Source of the DNA: Eledone cirrhosa
Taxonomy: Eukaryota
Assembly (NCBI GenBank): GCA_964016885.1
Contig: OZ024754.1
Span: 41,726,001 to 41,790,000, forward strand
Direction: 5' to 3'
DNA: 64,000 nucleotides
The position numbers and the translations under genes were made by a program. The notes below the pieces were generated by a model. It was not told where the DNA came from, did no database searches, and saw nothing but the letters and a program-made list of their open reading frames with translations. Position 1 is the first letter of the stretch. Every line of letters starts with the position of its first letter. Shown piece after piece: positions 51,562 to 64,000 of the stretch.

Positions 51562-51889
51562 TCATCATCATCATTTTACGTCCGCTTTTCCCTGCTTGCA
51601 AGGGTGGAACGGGAACTGATTCTGGCTTGATTTCTACAGCTGGATGCCCTTCCTAACACCAACCTCATTTACAGTGAGTGCTGGGTGCTTTTTTTTGCCG
51701 TGGCACCTCCACAACCACTTTGCAGTGGAATGATATGGACCCCAGTCCTATCATCTCATTTCTACAGCTGGAACATTGTGAAATAAAGTGTCTTGCTCAA
51801 GGAAACAACACATCACCCGGTCTGAGAATTGAACTCACAACCTTTCGATTGCAAGCCCAATGCTCTAACCACTAAGCCATGTTCCTCCA
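51562..51889 (-). mobile_element. SINE group B, full length, same tail as 37170
   Basis: Close match to 37170-37512. Confidence 0.88.
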
Positions 51890-52424
51890 CACATATATGT
51901 GTGTGTATATCGACTTAAGAAAATTAACAAAGAGAGGACAAAACAATTTGAATGGAAACAAGGCAAAACGAAAAACAGATTTTTTAAGGGGAAACCTTAA
52001 AAAATCTTTTTCTTCTTCACCCACTTATTCCTGAAAGGGTTGTTGGGGAAGAGTCCTCAAACACTCCCTCCAGTGGGTCCTGTCAGAAGCAACCATCTTC
52101 AACTGATCCAGCTGGATCCCCAAGCCTGACCAGCCAAGCTCAAGGATGTTATCCAACCATCTTTATCAGGGTCTACCCTGGGTCTCTTGCTGGTTGGTTT
52201 TGCCAGGAAAGAATCGCTGGACCATAAAAAATCTTTTTTTAATAAAAAAAAAACAAAAAAACAAAGGAAACAGAACTCCATGGCCATTGGCTGTTGAGAT
52301 GGACTTTGGCTGTTTCAACCCCTATCAACAGTTCTGCTGGTCCACCCGGGGTCACAGTGTCTGACACAAGCCAAACACTCTGCAGTGGAGTAAAAGATGA
52401 GAGAGAAAACATTAATTTATAGCA

Positions 52425-52455
<31 letters not shown>

Positions 52456-52502
52456 ATAGAATAAATATAGTTTTATAAATATAGTTTCCATTTGTTAATA
52501 TC

Positions 52503-52550
<48 letters not shown>

Positions 52551-52553
<3 letters not shown>

Positions 52554-52770
52554 GCTGAGTGGTTAGAGAACTGGATTCGCAATTGTGAGGTTGTGAGTTC
52601 GATTCCTGGACCAGGCGATGCGTTATGTCCTTGAGCAAGACACTTTATTTCACGTTGCTCCTTCTACCTGGAGTTGCGAGCGATAGATAGTATTAGCAAT
52701 ACGAAAGACCAACGGAATCATTGTTTCCTCGGTCCGATTTGACGAAAGTCGATCGACTAAAAAAAAAAAA
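52551..52770 (+). mobile_element. SINE group B with alternative tail and poly(A)
   Basis: TGGCTGAGTGG A box, GAGTTCGATTCC B box, GTCCTTGAGCAAGACAC core, unrelated 3' segment, A-tract. Confidence 0.85.
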
Positions 52771-53299
52771 AATATATATATATATATATATAATTCATTT
52801 GAACATAGTAATGAAATAACTCCAGTTCTCTGCTAGCTACTATATGAACACAAGGAGTGGAAGGTGAAGGGAAGCAATATATATATATTAAATACACTTT
52901 AGGGTTATATATAGACTTCAGCTGTTGATGGAATAATTTTCATTACAAACTACTTTGAGTGTGAAAAGATTAAAGTGATGAGATTTTAATCAAAGTTAGT
53001 ATTTCGCTTATTTACCAATGATACCAAATTTAAAAACAACACTATATGAATTATGAATAGTTTATAACCTAGTGACACTTGCTTCAATTCAACTAGTTGT
53101 AAATTGTTCAAAAGCTATTAGTGTTGATAACCAACCAATATGTTCTAAAGATATTTATATATAGCTTTACTACATGGTTTCGACTTCTATGAAATTTGGG
53201 ATGCCTGCATAAATTGTTGGGATAAATGGCTTCACTCTTTAGCTGCTCTCAAACATTAAATAGGATTTATGTTCATTTTTAATTGATGTCAGGACAGAA

Positions 53300-53998
53300 A
53301 CCACCCAGTCCACTTTGTAAGGTTGTAGTGCTGGTGCCACAACAAAAAGCACCCAGTCCACACTGTAAGCTGGTATTGCTGGTGCCATGACAAAAAGCAC
53401 CCAGTCCACCCTGTAAAGTTGTTGTGCTGGTGCCATGAAAAAAAGCACCCAGTCCACACTATAAGCTGGTATTGCTGGTGTCTTGACAAAACCCACCCAG
53501 TTCATGCTGTAATGTGGTAATGCTGGTGCCATGACAAAAGGACTGTCCACACCGTAAGGTGGTAGTGCTGGTGCCATGACAAAAGGACTCAGTCCACACC
53601 GTAAGGTGGTAGTGCTGGTGCCATGACAAAAAGACTCAGTCTACACCGTAAGGTGGTAGTGCTGGTGCCATGACAAAAAGACTCAGTCTACACCGTAAGG
53701 TGGTAGTGCTGGTGCCATGACAAAAAGACTCAGTCTACACCGTAAGGTGGTAGTGCTGGTGCCATGACAAAAGGACTCAGTCCACACCGTAAGGTGGTAG
53801 TGCTGGTGCCATGACAAAAGGACTCAGTCCACACCGTAAGGTGGTAGTGCTGGTGCCATGACAAAAGGACTCAGTCCACTCTGTAAGGTGGTAGTGCTGG
53901 TGCCATGACAAAAGGACTCAGTCCACACCGTAAGGTGGTAGTGCTGGTGCCATGACAAAAAGACTCAGTCCACTCTGTAAGGTAATAGTGCTGGTGCC
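53300..53998. repeat. 47-bp minisatellite (~15 units) derived from the SINE group B tail
   Basis: GTGCTGGTGCCATGACAAAAGGACTCAGTCCACACCGTAAGGTGGTA. Confidence 0.9.
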
Positions 53999-55091
53999 AA
54001 AAAATAGTTTTCAAATAGGAATTGGAACTTGGTTGGTTCCATGGTGTGTGTGTCATGACCTTACCTTATATTCTGAAATTTAGTTTTAACATTAACAAAA
54101 TGAAATCTTTTGATTAAAAAGTAGTATTTTGTAAAACTCTTTGAAAAATTGCACTGAAAACAATTTCAAAGTATATTGTAGTAATTTGTTTGAACATCAT
54201 TCAGCTTTAATGTTTATATGTTAAGAATCCTGACAGATTAGATCTATTCCATCACAGATGCTTTTAGCATTCACAGCTAGTGGAGAAACAAAGAGGTTTT
54301 TAATAGCACACTGCTTGATCAAAGATTCTGTTTGACAGCTTCCTTTTTTTCTTTTTCTGATCAGAACTAAAAATACAATTGTGATTTCATTCATCAGTCA
54401 CTTGGCATCTTATTTTTAATTTGAAATCAGGAAGTATTCTTTATCACAACAAAACTTTCTGGCAGCTATTCTAACTGATTACATTGCGAACAGTTCAGTT
54501 TCATTTTTATTTCACAGTAATAGAATGTTATTTGACTGGGGGTTGCAAATCTATTGGCTCTTAATACAATCAAATGAAGCAGCATTTCCTACTAGCACAG
54601 GTAGAGAGCTAAATTGTGCTTGAAATGTCAGTCTGGTTTGTTGGCTAATTTCTTTTAGATTAGGTAATCTTTTTATCTGGCATTGCTTGCTTCAGTTAGT
54701 AAACAATAGGTTTTCTTCTAGGGCTGCTACAGTGTAAATCTAATAAGTTGCTGTGATAGAAATGAGAGACGGGGGAAATGTAATTGATAAATATAGGACA
54801 ACTTTTTGTGGGTGGAGAATGGGGTGATGAGACATTGTTGCCGTTCCTGAAGTCATTAAGGTGTTAAATAAGATGAATTGATTTAAAACTTGTGTTATTA
54901 AAGATAGCATGATCATCATCATCACCACCATCATCATTTAACATTAGTTATTCAATGCTGGCTTCTGTTGGGTAGGTCATCACAGACTAAAGTTGTACTT
55001 AATCAGAGCAACCAACATTTTCCTTACGTTCTGGTTTTGGCATGGGTTCTACATCTGGATAAATTTATCTGTTTATAGATCAGTTTATTGA

Positions 55092-55306
55092 TTAACCCTT
55101 TAGTATTCACATTACTCTATATATCCTATTATATTTTCACAGTAAAGGCTTTATCTCACATAATATCGAATCTATGAGATTTTGAAAGTATTTATTTTGA
55201 GAACAATACCTTAACATCAGTTTGAGCGACCAGTTACAGCCAGTTTCAACAGAAAGAGGTAGAGAATTCTGGCCGGTTTTGGCCGGTTTGAACACTAAAG
55301 GGTTAA
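55092..55306. mobile_element. piggyBac-like MITE family 1 copy
   Basis: TTAACCCTTTAG...CTAAAGGGTTAA. Confidence 0.88.
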
Positions 55307-58300
55307 CACATGTTGCTGTTTTTTGTTTTAAGCTGTAATATATGTTAAGGGAATGAAAAAAAACTCAGGTGTATGGATAGATGGATTGCAATGGTTTCTG
55401 TCACAGAATACCTTTCCTAATGCCAACCACTTTACTGCATCCATAAACCCACCCACCTCATCTACCCGCTTACCTACCTATTTTCCTATCCATCTATCCA
55501 CCTACCCACATACCTATCTCCCCCACCTGCCTACCTTCCCACCCACACACCTACCTACATATCCACCACCCCACACACACCTACCTACATATCCACCACC
55601 CCACACACACCTACCTACATATCCACCCACCTACACACCTACCTATCTACCCCATCTACCTACCCACCCACTCACCTACCTAACCACCCACCCACACATC
55701 TCCCTATCTATCCACCCCACACACACCTACCTATCTATCCACCCACAGACACATCTACCTATCTATCAACCCATCCACCTACGCCCGCCCCCACCTACGC
55801 CCGCCCCCACCTACCTACCTATCTATTCACCAACAGAACTATCTACCTATCTATCCACTCCCCCACCCACCTACCTACCTATCCACTCCCCCACCAACCT
55901 ACCTACCTATCCACTCCCCCACTCACCTACCTATCAATCCACCCACCCACCCATCTACCTATCTATTCACCAACACATCCATCCATCCATCCGTCCATTC
56001 AGTCACATGACCAATAACCTATACATATTTTCAATTCTAATTAGTTGAAGCTAACGAGCTAAATATATAGAAATAGAAACAATTGCTGTATTGTTGCCAT
56101 GGTGATTTAGTGACAATTGTAATCTTGTTATTGTTACCTGTCCTCTCATATGAAACTTCCCTAGATATGGTTCTTAGGCCAAAAAACTACACAAAGCTTT
56201 TGCTACTTAATACCAGAAACAGTTCTATGTGAGCAAGACATGGTCATCTGATCTCTCTTGTCTCACAACAGGACAACCTGTCTAACCCATGCTCGCATGG
56301 AAAATAACATTAAACAGTGATGATGATGATGAAGATATAACTATTGTACATTTATTCATATGATGGTTCCTTAATTTTGTTATTTAGCACACTGTAGCTG
56401 CTTCATTTACTGTATCTTGTAGTGTCTCAATGTTTATATAACCTTTGAGGAAAAAATGGTTAGTTTAGAGAAGAAAGTCCTAAGTTAATTGACACAAGTC
56501 GTTTTCATGCTGTTGTGACACCTTATGTAAATCTACAAGATATTTATTTACATTTTAAAAAGATTTTTCCTGTACCAAATGTGAAAACAAATTAAACGTG
56601 AGGAGTGAGAGGACTTTTTCTTTGCTTTTACATTTGTTTTGTATATTTACAACACAGTTTAAGACATTCCAACATGTCTATTTACTGGTCACTGTTTGTT
56701 TACCCACCTCTAAAAAGGATTAAAATGTAAAATTCAATTGTACTTAGATATCTATATTCAAAGGTGGTGAATTGTTAGAACATTGAATAGAATGCTTGCT
56801 GTATTCTTTCCAGCTTTCTTTGCTCTGAGTTCAAAGTCTGCCCAGGTCAACTTTGCCTTTCATTGCTTCAAGGTTAATAAAAGGTCCCAGTCCAGTACTG
56901 TGGTCAATTCTTTCTCTATATCTCTTCATCACTTCCTCTTTATCACTCAGCTGATTTCTTCCAGAGAAAGAGAGACAATGTTAAGACCTGATGAGGAGTT
57001 CTGCTAGGTTTAAAATGCCCATAACATGCCGTATGTCACTATGGCACCCCTATGACTCCCTCAGGAATAATCAGTTCATACATTTACATTCAAATGAGCT
57101 CCTGAGATATTAGAACATCTATTAATGTATTTTGTTTATATAACCTGCTTATATTCAAAAAACAATGATTTCTGTATTTATTTAGCAAGAAGTTTGTATT
57201 TGGTAGAAGTAGTAGAGTGAACAAGATGTCCCATTCCTTGGGAGTTTGTATTTGGTAGAAGCAGGAGATTGTTTGTAATGTTTAGATTTAAATTTGAACC
57301 TTCCATTATAATTTTGTTGTAACATTTCTGATGCTTCAAACACCTTAATTACAAGAAAGTTAGTTTATATTACTAAACCCCTTCCATTTTTTTTTTATTT
57401 TATTTAAAAAAATTATTTAAACACATAGGTTGTGTATTTCATTAAAAATTTGATACCAAAAGTTAATAATTACTTTGACGAACTCCTTTCCTTCAAATGT
57501 GTTTATAAACTTAATCCTTCTTTAAAGTTTTATTAATCATATCAATCTCATACATCACCTCCTCTCTCTTCTTATCTGAAGATTTCCTTTCTAACAGTTA
57601 GTAAAAATTTGTATAATGTTGATTATTTATGAACGGAGAAATGGAATGTTGTCACATCCATAATTTACCGAACTCTTTCATTACAATTTTTCTAATGAAA
57701 GACTGCCTATGATTTTTAATTAAATTTGAAAATAATCAATAATTTGTATGGATTTTGTAAAATATCTAACTTTCTTGTTATTAAGCTGATATTTGAAACA
57801 TAACTTAAAATTTACTTACATAATATCGGTATTTATTATATTTGCTTTTCATTGAAGTTATATTTAAACATAGTCTGGAGGCATTTGAACTGATTAGTTT
57901 AGAGTTAGAAAATACTGCGAAGCATTTAGTAGATCTTAAGAAGTAAATTGGCAGAGTTGTTAGGATGGCGGATAGAATGCTTTGAAGTATTCCAACTTTC
58001 TGCACTTAGAGTACAAAACCTGTCAAGGTCAGTTTTGCCCTTCATCCTTTCAAGGTTGTACTGGGGTTGATTCTTCTATATCTCTTTCTCATAAACTCTC
58101 TCTCCTTCTCTGGAAGAAATCAACTTTGTTCAGACCTGGAAAGGGGATGAACTCCACCAGGTTTAAAATAACCAAGTCACATTCATATTTGAACTAAGAA
58201 CATAAAGGCATTTTTCTCTGGTTGCTCTAACAATTCTGTCAGTCCATTATAATAATTATTTGTAACATTGGCACAAAACCACAAATTATAGAGCAGGGAA

Positions 58301-58664
58301 CATTTGATTAAATTAACCCCAATATATGACTAGTACTTCTTTTAATCACCAAAACATGGGAGGTGAAGGACACGGGAATGGAGATTGAAATCCGAACATA
58401 AAAGTGTTATAATTAAATAAAGTAAAAATATTTAATCCAACAATTTGTCGAATACTTTGCTTTAATTAATTTTAAAGATGATTATTTTTCTAAAGTATTA
58501 AAATATTTCTGATTTTTAAGGTATAGAGTTTGAAAAATTATTTTTTTTTTTTGTATATTTTTTTCAATTATCTTCTATAAGATGATTATATCTGTTCACA
58601 TGTTACATCCACCTAAACTATAAGCCACCTCCACCTAAACCCATTTGTGGTATACTACCTTTAT

Positions 58665-59089
58665 TTAACCCTTTACCATTTACATTACTCCATATTTACT
58701 GTTATATTTTCACGGTCAACACTTTATCTTACATAATATCGAAAGTATGAGATTTTGTTATTATTTATATTGAGAACAATACCTTAACATAAGTATGAGT
58801 GGCCAGTTATGGCCAGTTTGAACAGAAAGAGGTGGGAGAATTCTGGCCGGATACAGTCGGTTTAACCCTTTAGCATTTACATTGCTCTATATTTACTATT
58901 GTATTTTTGCAGTAAAGGCTTTACTTCACATAATTATCTCACATACTATCGAATCTATGAAATTTTGATATTATATCTTTTGAGAACAATACTTTAAATC
59001 AGTATGAGTAGCTATTTATGGCTGGTTTGAACAGAAAGAGGTGAAAGAATTCTGGTCAGCTCCAGCTGGTTTAAATGCTAAAAGGTTAA
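58665..59089. mobile_element. Two piggyBac-like MITE family 1 copies head-to-tail, joined at TTAA 58862
   Basis: TTAACCCTTT at 58665 and 58862; TAAATGCTAAAAGGTTAA at end. Confidence 0.85.
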
Positions 59090-59319
59090 CTTGAAACTAT
59101 TTTCATTAACAATTTTATTATTGTTTTTCAGTCAGTTTTTTCATTGATTGATCTCGATTCCAATCCAATCCAGGGCCTTCTCGTTGCTGTCGGGGGAACC
59201 CCACCGCTTTCTGTTTGGTTTTGACATGTATTCAGGGGTGTAGCCATACTCACCTTGTTTGGCCAATTGCGGGTTAGTGATTTAACCATAGCTGGGTTAA
59301 ATATATATATATATAATAG

Positions 59320-59503
59320 TTTAAACTTTTTGGCACAAGGCCAGCAATTGCCCAGTGCATTACTGGTACTTTATTTTATCGACCCCGTAAGGATGAAAGG
59401 CAAAGTTAACCTCGGCGGGATTCGAACTCAGAACGTAAAGGGACGTAACTCTATGTGTCAAAGCATGGCGTCTAACCCTCTACTGATACTGCCAATCCAC
59501 CAC
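59320..59503 (-). mobile_element. Full-length SINE group A
   Basis: GGCACAAGGCCAGC...GGGATTCGAACTC...ACTGCCAATCCACC. Confidence 0.88.
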
Positions 59504-60001
59504 TCTATATATAATGTGTATAATATAGACATACACATATATATATTGTGTGTGTGTATATATATAATATACACACACATATATGTTCCAAGTTGGAAAA
59601 TTATATTTATGCTTCATTTGTTATACCTATGCCTTTTACTTAACAACTGGTAATCTTACTTAATCTGCTTAAATTATTTAATCTCTTCACTGAATCTCCT
59701 CCTCCTCCTCCTTGTCCTCCTCCTCCTCGTCCTCCTCCTTGTCCTCCTCCTTGTCCTCATCCTTGTCCTCATCCTTGTCCTCCTCCCCCTCTTCCTCCTC
59801 CGTGTCCTCCTCCTCCTATTACATCAGTTGTTTATCATTTTAACATCAACTCTATTACAACGACCACAACCAACATTTTTTACAGCTGTGTGAATTCAAG
59901 TCACATTTCACTACTTTTTATAGCCTAAGCCATTCCCTATTAAATGGTGTTTTTATTCGTTATGCCTCTCTTAATTTTATTTATGATCTTTTCTTTGATT
60001 T

Positions 60002-60033
<32 letters not shown>

Positions 60034-60097
60034 GATTTTTTGATTTTTTGATTTTTTATAACTCGTATTTTGAAACAATATTTTCTCAGGATCAACA

Positions 60098-61011
60098 TTA
60101 ACTCCTTTGATGACAACCCCAACTCCCACCAAAACTGGCTCTCATTTAACATTAACTCTATTGATACCAACTCCCACCAAAGCTGGCTCCAGTTTAACAT
60201 TAACTCTATTGATACCAACTCCCACCAAAGCTGGCTCTCATTTAACATTAACTCTATTGATACCAACCTCACCAAAACTGGCTCCAGTTTAACATTAACT
60301 CTATTGATACCAACTCCCACCAAAGCTGGCTCCAGTTTAACATTAACTCTATTGATACCAACTCCCACCAAAGCTGGCTCTCATTTAACATTAACTCTAT
60401 TGATACCAACCCCACCAAAACTGGCTCCAGTTTAACATTAACTCTATTGATACCAACTCCCACCAAAGCTGGCTCTCATTTAACATTAACTCTATTGATA
60501 CCAACCCCATCAATTGCCTCTCGTTTTACAAAACAAAGCCATCCATTTTAAAGGATCCTATATGTTTGAATTATAATCTTCCAACATAGTTTTCTACAAA
60601 AACCTTTTGTTGAGTTATCTTAGTAATGTATCGGCAATAATCAGCAGAGCATGAGACGCCATGCTTTGCCGCATAGTTATGGCCCTTTATGTTCTGGGTT
60701 CAAATCCCACCGAGGTTTTGCTTTGCCTTCCATCCTTACGGGGTTAATAAAATAAAGCACCAGTAATTAACTGGGGTAATTGATGGTCTTGTGCCAAAAG
60801 TAGAAACAATTATCTTAGTAATAAAGTAATTAATAATTTTCGTAATTATTTGAAATGTATTTGAGTTATTTCATTAGAAATATGGTCGCAAATCTGTTAA
60901 AACTTATACATGAAGTTTAGTTTATTTTAATTAAAGAAAATATTTCAAACAAATGGTACTGTATCATAGAAATGGGGCCAGTTTTAGGCAGTTTGGTATC
61001 AAAAGGGTTAA
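60098..61011. mobile_element. TTAA-flanked MITE (family 2-related) with 48-bp tandem of its left end (60098-60510) and a nested SINE
   Basis: TTAACTCTATTGATACCAAC unit x~8.5; right end TTGGTATCAAAAGGGTTAA. Confidence 0.7.
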
Positions 61012-62376
61012 ACTAACAACTTGTTTATGAGACACACTCAATTACTTAAAATTCTGAAGTTGTATTGTCAAAATTAATTAGCTTTTTACACCTGCACAAG
61101 AATAGTAAAATATCGAACCTGTGTACAGGTATAATTGACTGGAAGCTTGTTAATACCTGGGTTGTATGTTGTGTTCTTGAGCAAAACACTTCATTTCACG
61201 TTGCTTCAATATACTCAACTGAAAATGAGTACCAGCATTAGCTGGGAGTTTAACCCTGTGATGGACTGGTGTCCTATCCAAGGGGAGCCTTGTACTTTCA
61301 GGCTCTGAACAGACTTTAGACTTTTAGACACAGGTATAATTGACTGAAAGCTTGTTAATATCTGCTGTTTTTAACAACTGATTGACTACCCTCACGCTGT
61401 AAAGTGGTCGTGTAGGAGACAAGGTAGAAAGGCTCCCAGTCCACACTGTAAATGTGGTTGCTGTTAGGAAGGGCATCCAGCTGTAGAAAACCTGCCAGAT
61501 ACAGTCATATATGAGCGAGATATGGTCACCCGACCAATCTTTTCTCAAGTGGGACAATTCCCGTCTAACCCATGCTAGCATGGAAGATGGACATTAAATG
61601 ATGATGATGATGATGATATACATTTAGATCTAACATTAAAGCAACATTCTGTTAGAGACTCATGTGTTCCTGGTTTCCTGACATAACACTGAAGTTATTC
61701 ACATATCAACGTAAAGTTGAGTCTGTTTGAGGTTTTATAAAAATATATATTGTTGATATGAAAGAGAAATGATATAAAAACTGACATATTATCAGTTGGA
61801 TAGTTTTCTTTTTTTTAATATATATTTTTTGATATGAAAGAAAAATGTTATAAAATTTACCATTATGAGAAATGTGTTTTTATTCTTTGCTATTGTTTCT
61901 TCAATCGGTTATATCAGTATAACAACCAACAATGATATTATTGTTATTATTGTTCATGAGATGAACAGTGTGAAGGGAAAGTGAGGTTTATTATCACCCT
62001 TCACTTCACTTGAATGTGTCTAGTCTTTAAAATTACTAGCAAGATATGTGTGTATGTACATTATATATATATATATATATCATTATCATCATCATTTTAT
62101 GTCTGCTTTTCCTTGCTTGCAAGGGTGGGACGGGTCCTTTTCAGTACAGCATCTCTCCATTCATCACAGTCCTTCGTCATTTCCTCTGTGAGCCTCAGCT
62201 CTCACCACCACCACCTCTGACCATGATTGTCATCGTCTTCCTCTATATATGAGATGTCAACATGAATGGACCTGTTATTATTTTTCTCTAAAAAAAAAAA
62301 AATGTTTTTTTCTGTTTGCACGTTGCTCATCTCCTCAGTCTTTCTCTTTCTCTTTCTTCTTTAATTCCTCACTCTT

Positions 62377-62412
62377 TCTTCTGGTGAAGGACTAGCGTCC
62401 GAAACGTTAAGA
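62377..62412 (+). ncRNA. Minimal hammerhead motif with one core substitution (CTGGTGA)
   Basis: TCTT-CTGGTGA-A-GGAC TAGC GTCC-GAAACGTT-AAGA; palindromic AACGTT stem III. Confidence 0.6.
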
Positions 62413-62515
62413 CTCTTTTCCTACTATATCAAGTGTATAGCTAATAATATATTTCTTCATTGTACTGTGTTGTTTGCTTTGTTATTTCTGTTTACCTTTT
62501 GCGCACACACACATA

Positions 62516-62558
<43 letters not shown>

Positions 62559-62561
62559 GCC

Positions 62562-62860
<299 letters not shown>

Positions 62861-63479
62861 ATTATATATATATATATACTCAAGTGGGAAAACCCCCGTC
62901 CAAACCCATGCAAGCGTGGAACACGGACGTTAAACGTTGATGATGATGATGATATATACATACATGCACACACATAACTTGGTAGCAGGGAAAATGGACA
63001 TTAAACGATGATGATAATGGTGATGTGTTTGTGTGATCTAAACAAAATACCAGTGTGTGCCACAGTTGACTTATATAGCAACTGTGGCAGTAGTGAATTG
63101 ATCAAAGATATTATCTGCAATTGCTGTAAAATATACGTGATTTCATTGACAGTTTCATCATAACCTTCGATTGATAAATATACTTTAATGGTACAACAAG
63201 CACTTTACTACCTTGCTTTTATAGAGATTAGGAAAGTCATCTTGCCATACAACTATATGTGTGTGTGTTAGTGTATGTATGTATATATATATATATATAT
63301 ATGTGTGTTTGTGTGTGAGTGTATGTATATATATGTATGTGTGTGTTTGTGTGTGTGTGTGTATGTATATATGTGTGTTTGTGTGTGTGTGTGTGTGTAT
63401 ATATGTGTGTGAGTGTATGTATATATGTGTGTTTGTGTGTGTATGTATATATATATATGTGTTTGTGTTTGTGTGTGTG

Positions 63480-63512
<33 letters not shown>

Positions 63513-63615
63513 ATATATATATATGTGTGTGTGTGTATATATATATATGTGTGTGAGTGTATGTATATATATGTGTTTGTGTGTGTATGTATATATATAT
63601 ATGTGTGTTTGCGTG

Positions 63616-63656
<41 letters not shown>

Positions 63657-63751
63657 GTGTGTTTGTGTGTGTGTGTATATATATATATGTTTGTGTGTGT
63701 ATATGTATATATATATATGTGTGTTTGTGTGTGTGTATATATGTTTGTGTG

Positions 63752-63786
<35 letters not shown>

Positions 63787-64000
63787 ATATATTCTTGGCA
63801 GTACAGGATATGGGATGTGGGAATGGAGCCAAACTATTCTGGTAGCTTCAAGAGTAAACACTGCTATAATAGAATCATCATCACAATCATCATCATCATC
63901 ATCATCATCATCTTTATCACCACCATCACTGTCATCAGCATCCACATCATCACCGCCATCACCACCACCACCATCATTGACATCACCATCACCACCACCA

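Noticed and set aside
52551-52625. Possible tRNA gene
   Set aside because: A and B boxes present but no proper acceptor stem; it continues into the SINE core
55440-55995. 231-aa Pro/Thr/His-rich ORF
   Set aside because: Degenerate CCTA/CCCA tetranucleotide repeat
59130-59300. Strong minus-strand donor AG/GTGAGTATG near 59253
   Set aside because: No good upstream acceptor or reading frame; may be a LINE 5' fragment
63790-63845. DMGCGNG resembling SAM-methyltransferase motif I
   Set aside because: Seven-residue match next to a TG microsatellite, followed by a stop, without credible splice sites

Overview
AT-rich, microsatellite-dense animal DNA with no recognisable host gene; almost every ORF in the track is a translation of a simple repeat. 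The SINE and tail motifs look like those of octopod cephalopods (inference from recall, not checked). The one clear coding unit is an intact, full-length Tx1-clade (L1-like) non-LTR retrotransposon at about 40864-46506, with ORF1 (CCHC knuckle) and ORF2 (APE-RT-Zn finger). It sits inside a 72-bp tandem array that is itself internal to a TTAA-flanked piggyBac-like MITE. The rest is piggyBac-like and mariner-like MITEs, two tRNA-derived SINE groups with interchangeable tails, RTE and CR1/L2 fragments, and many minisatellites, including a 3.6-kb 20-bp satellite with higher-order repeats. The most unusual signal is RNA-structural. Several short elements beside (TA)n tracts carry Penelope/retrozyme-type type I hammerhead ribozyme motifs, one apparently intact (12370-12440, minus strand). 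One multi-copy family has the 3' half of a hammerhead mirrored into a near-perfect ~115-bp palindrome with copy-specific symmetric arms.
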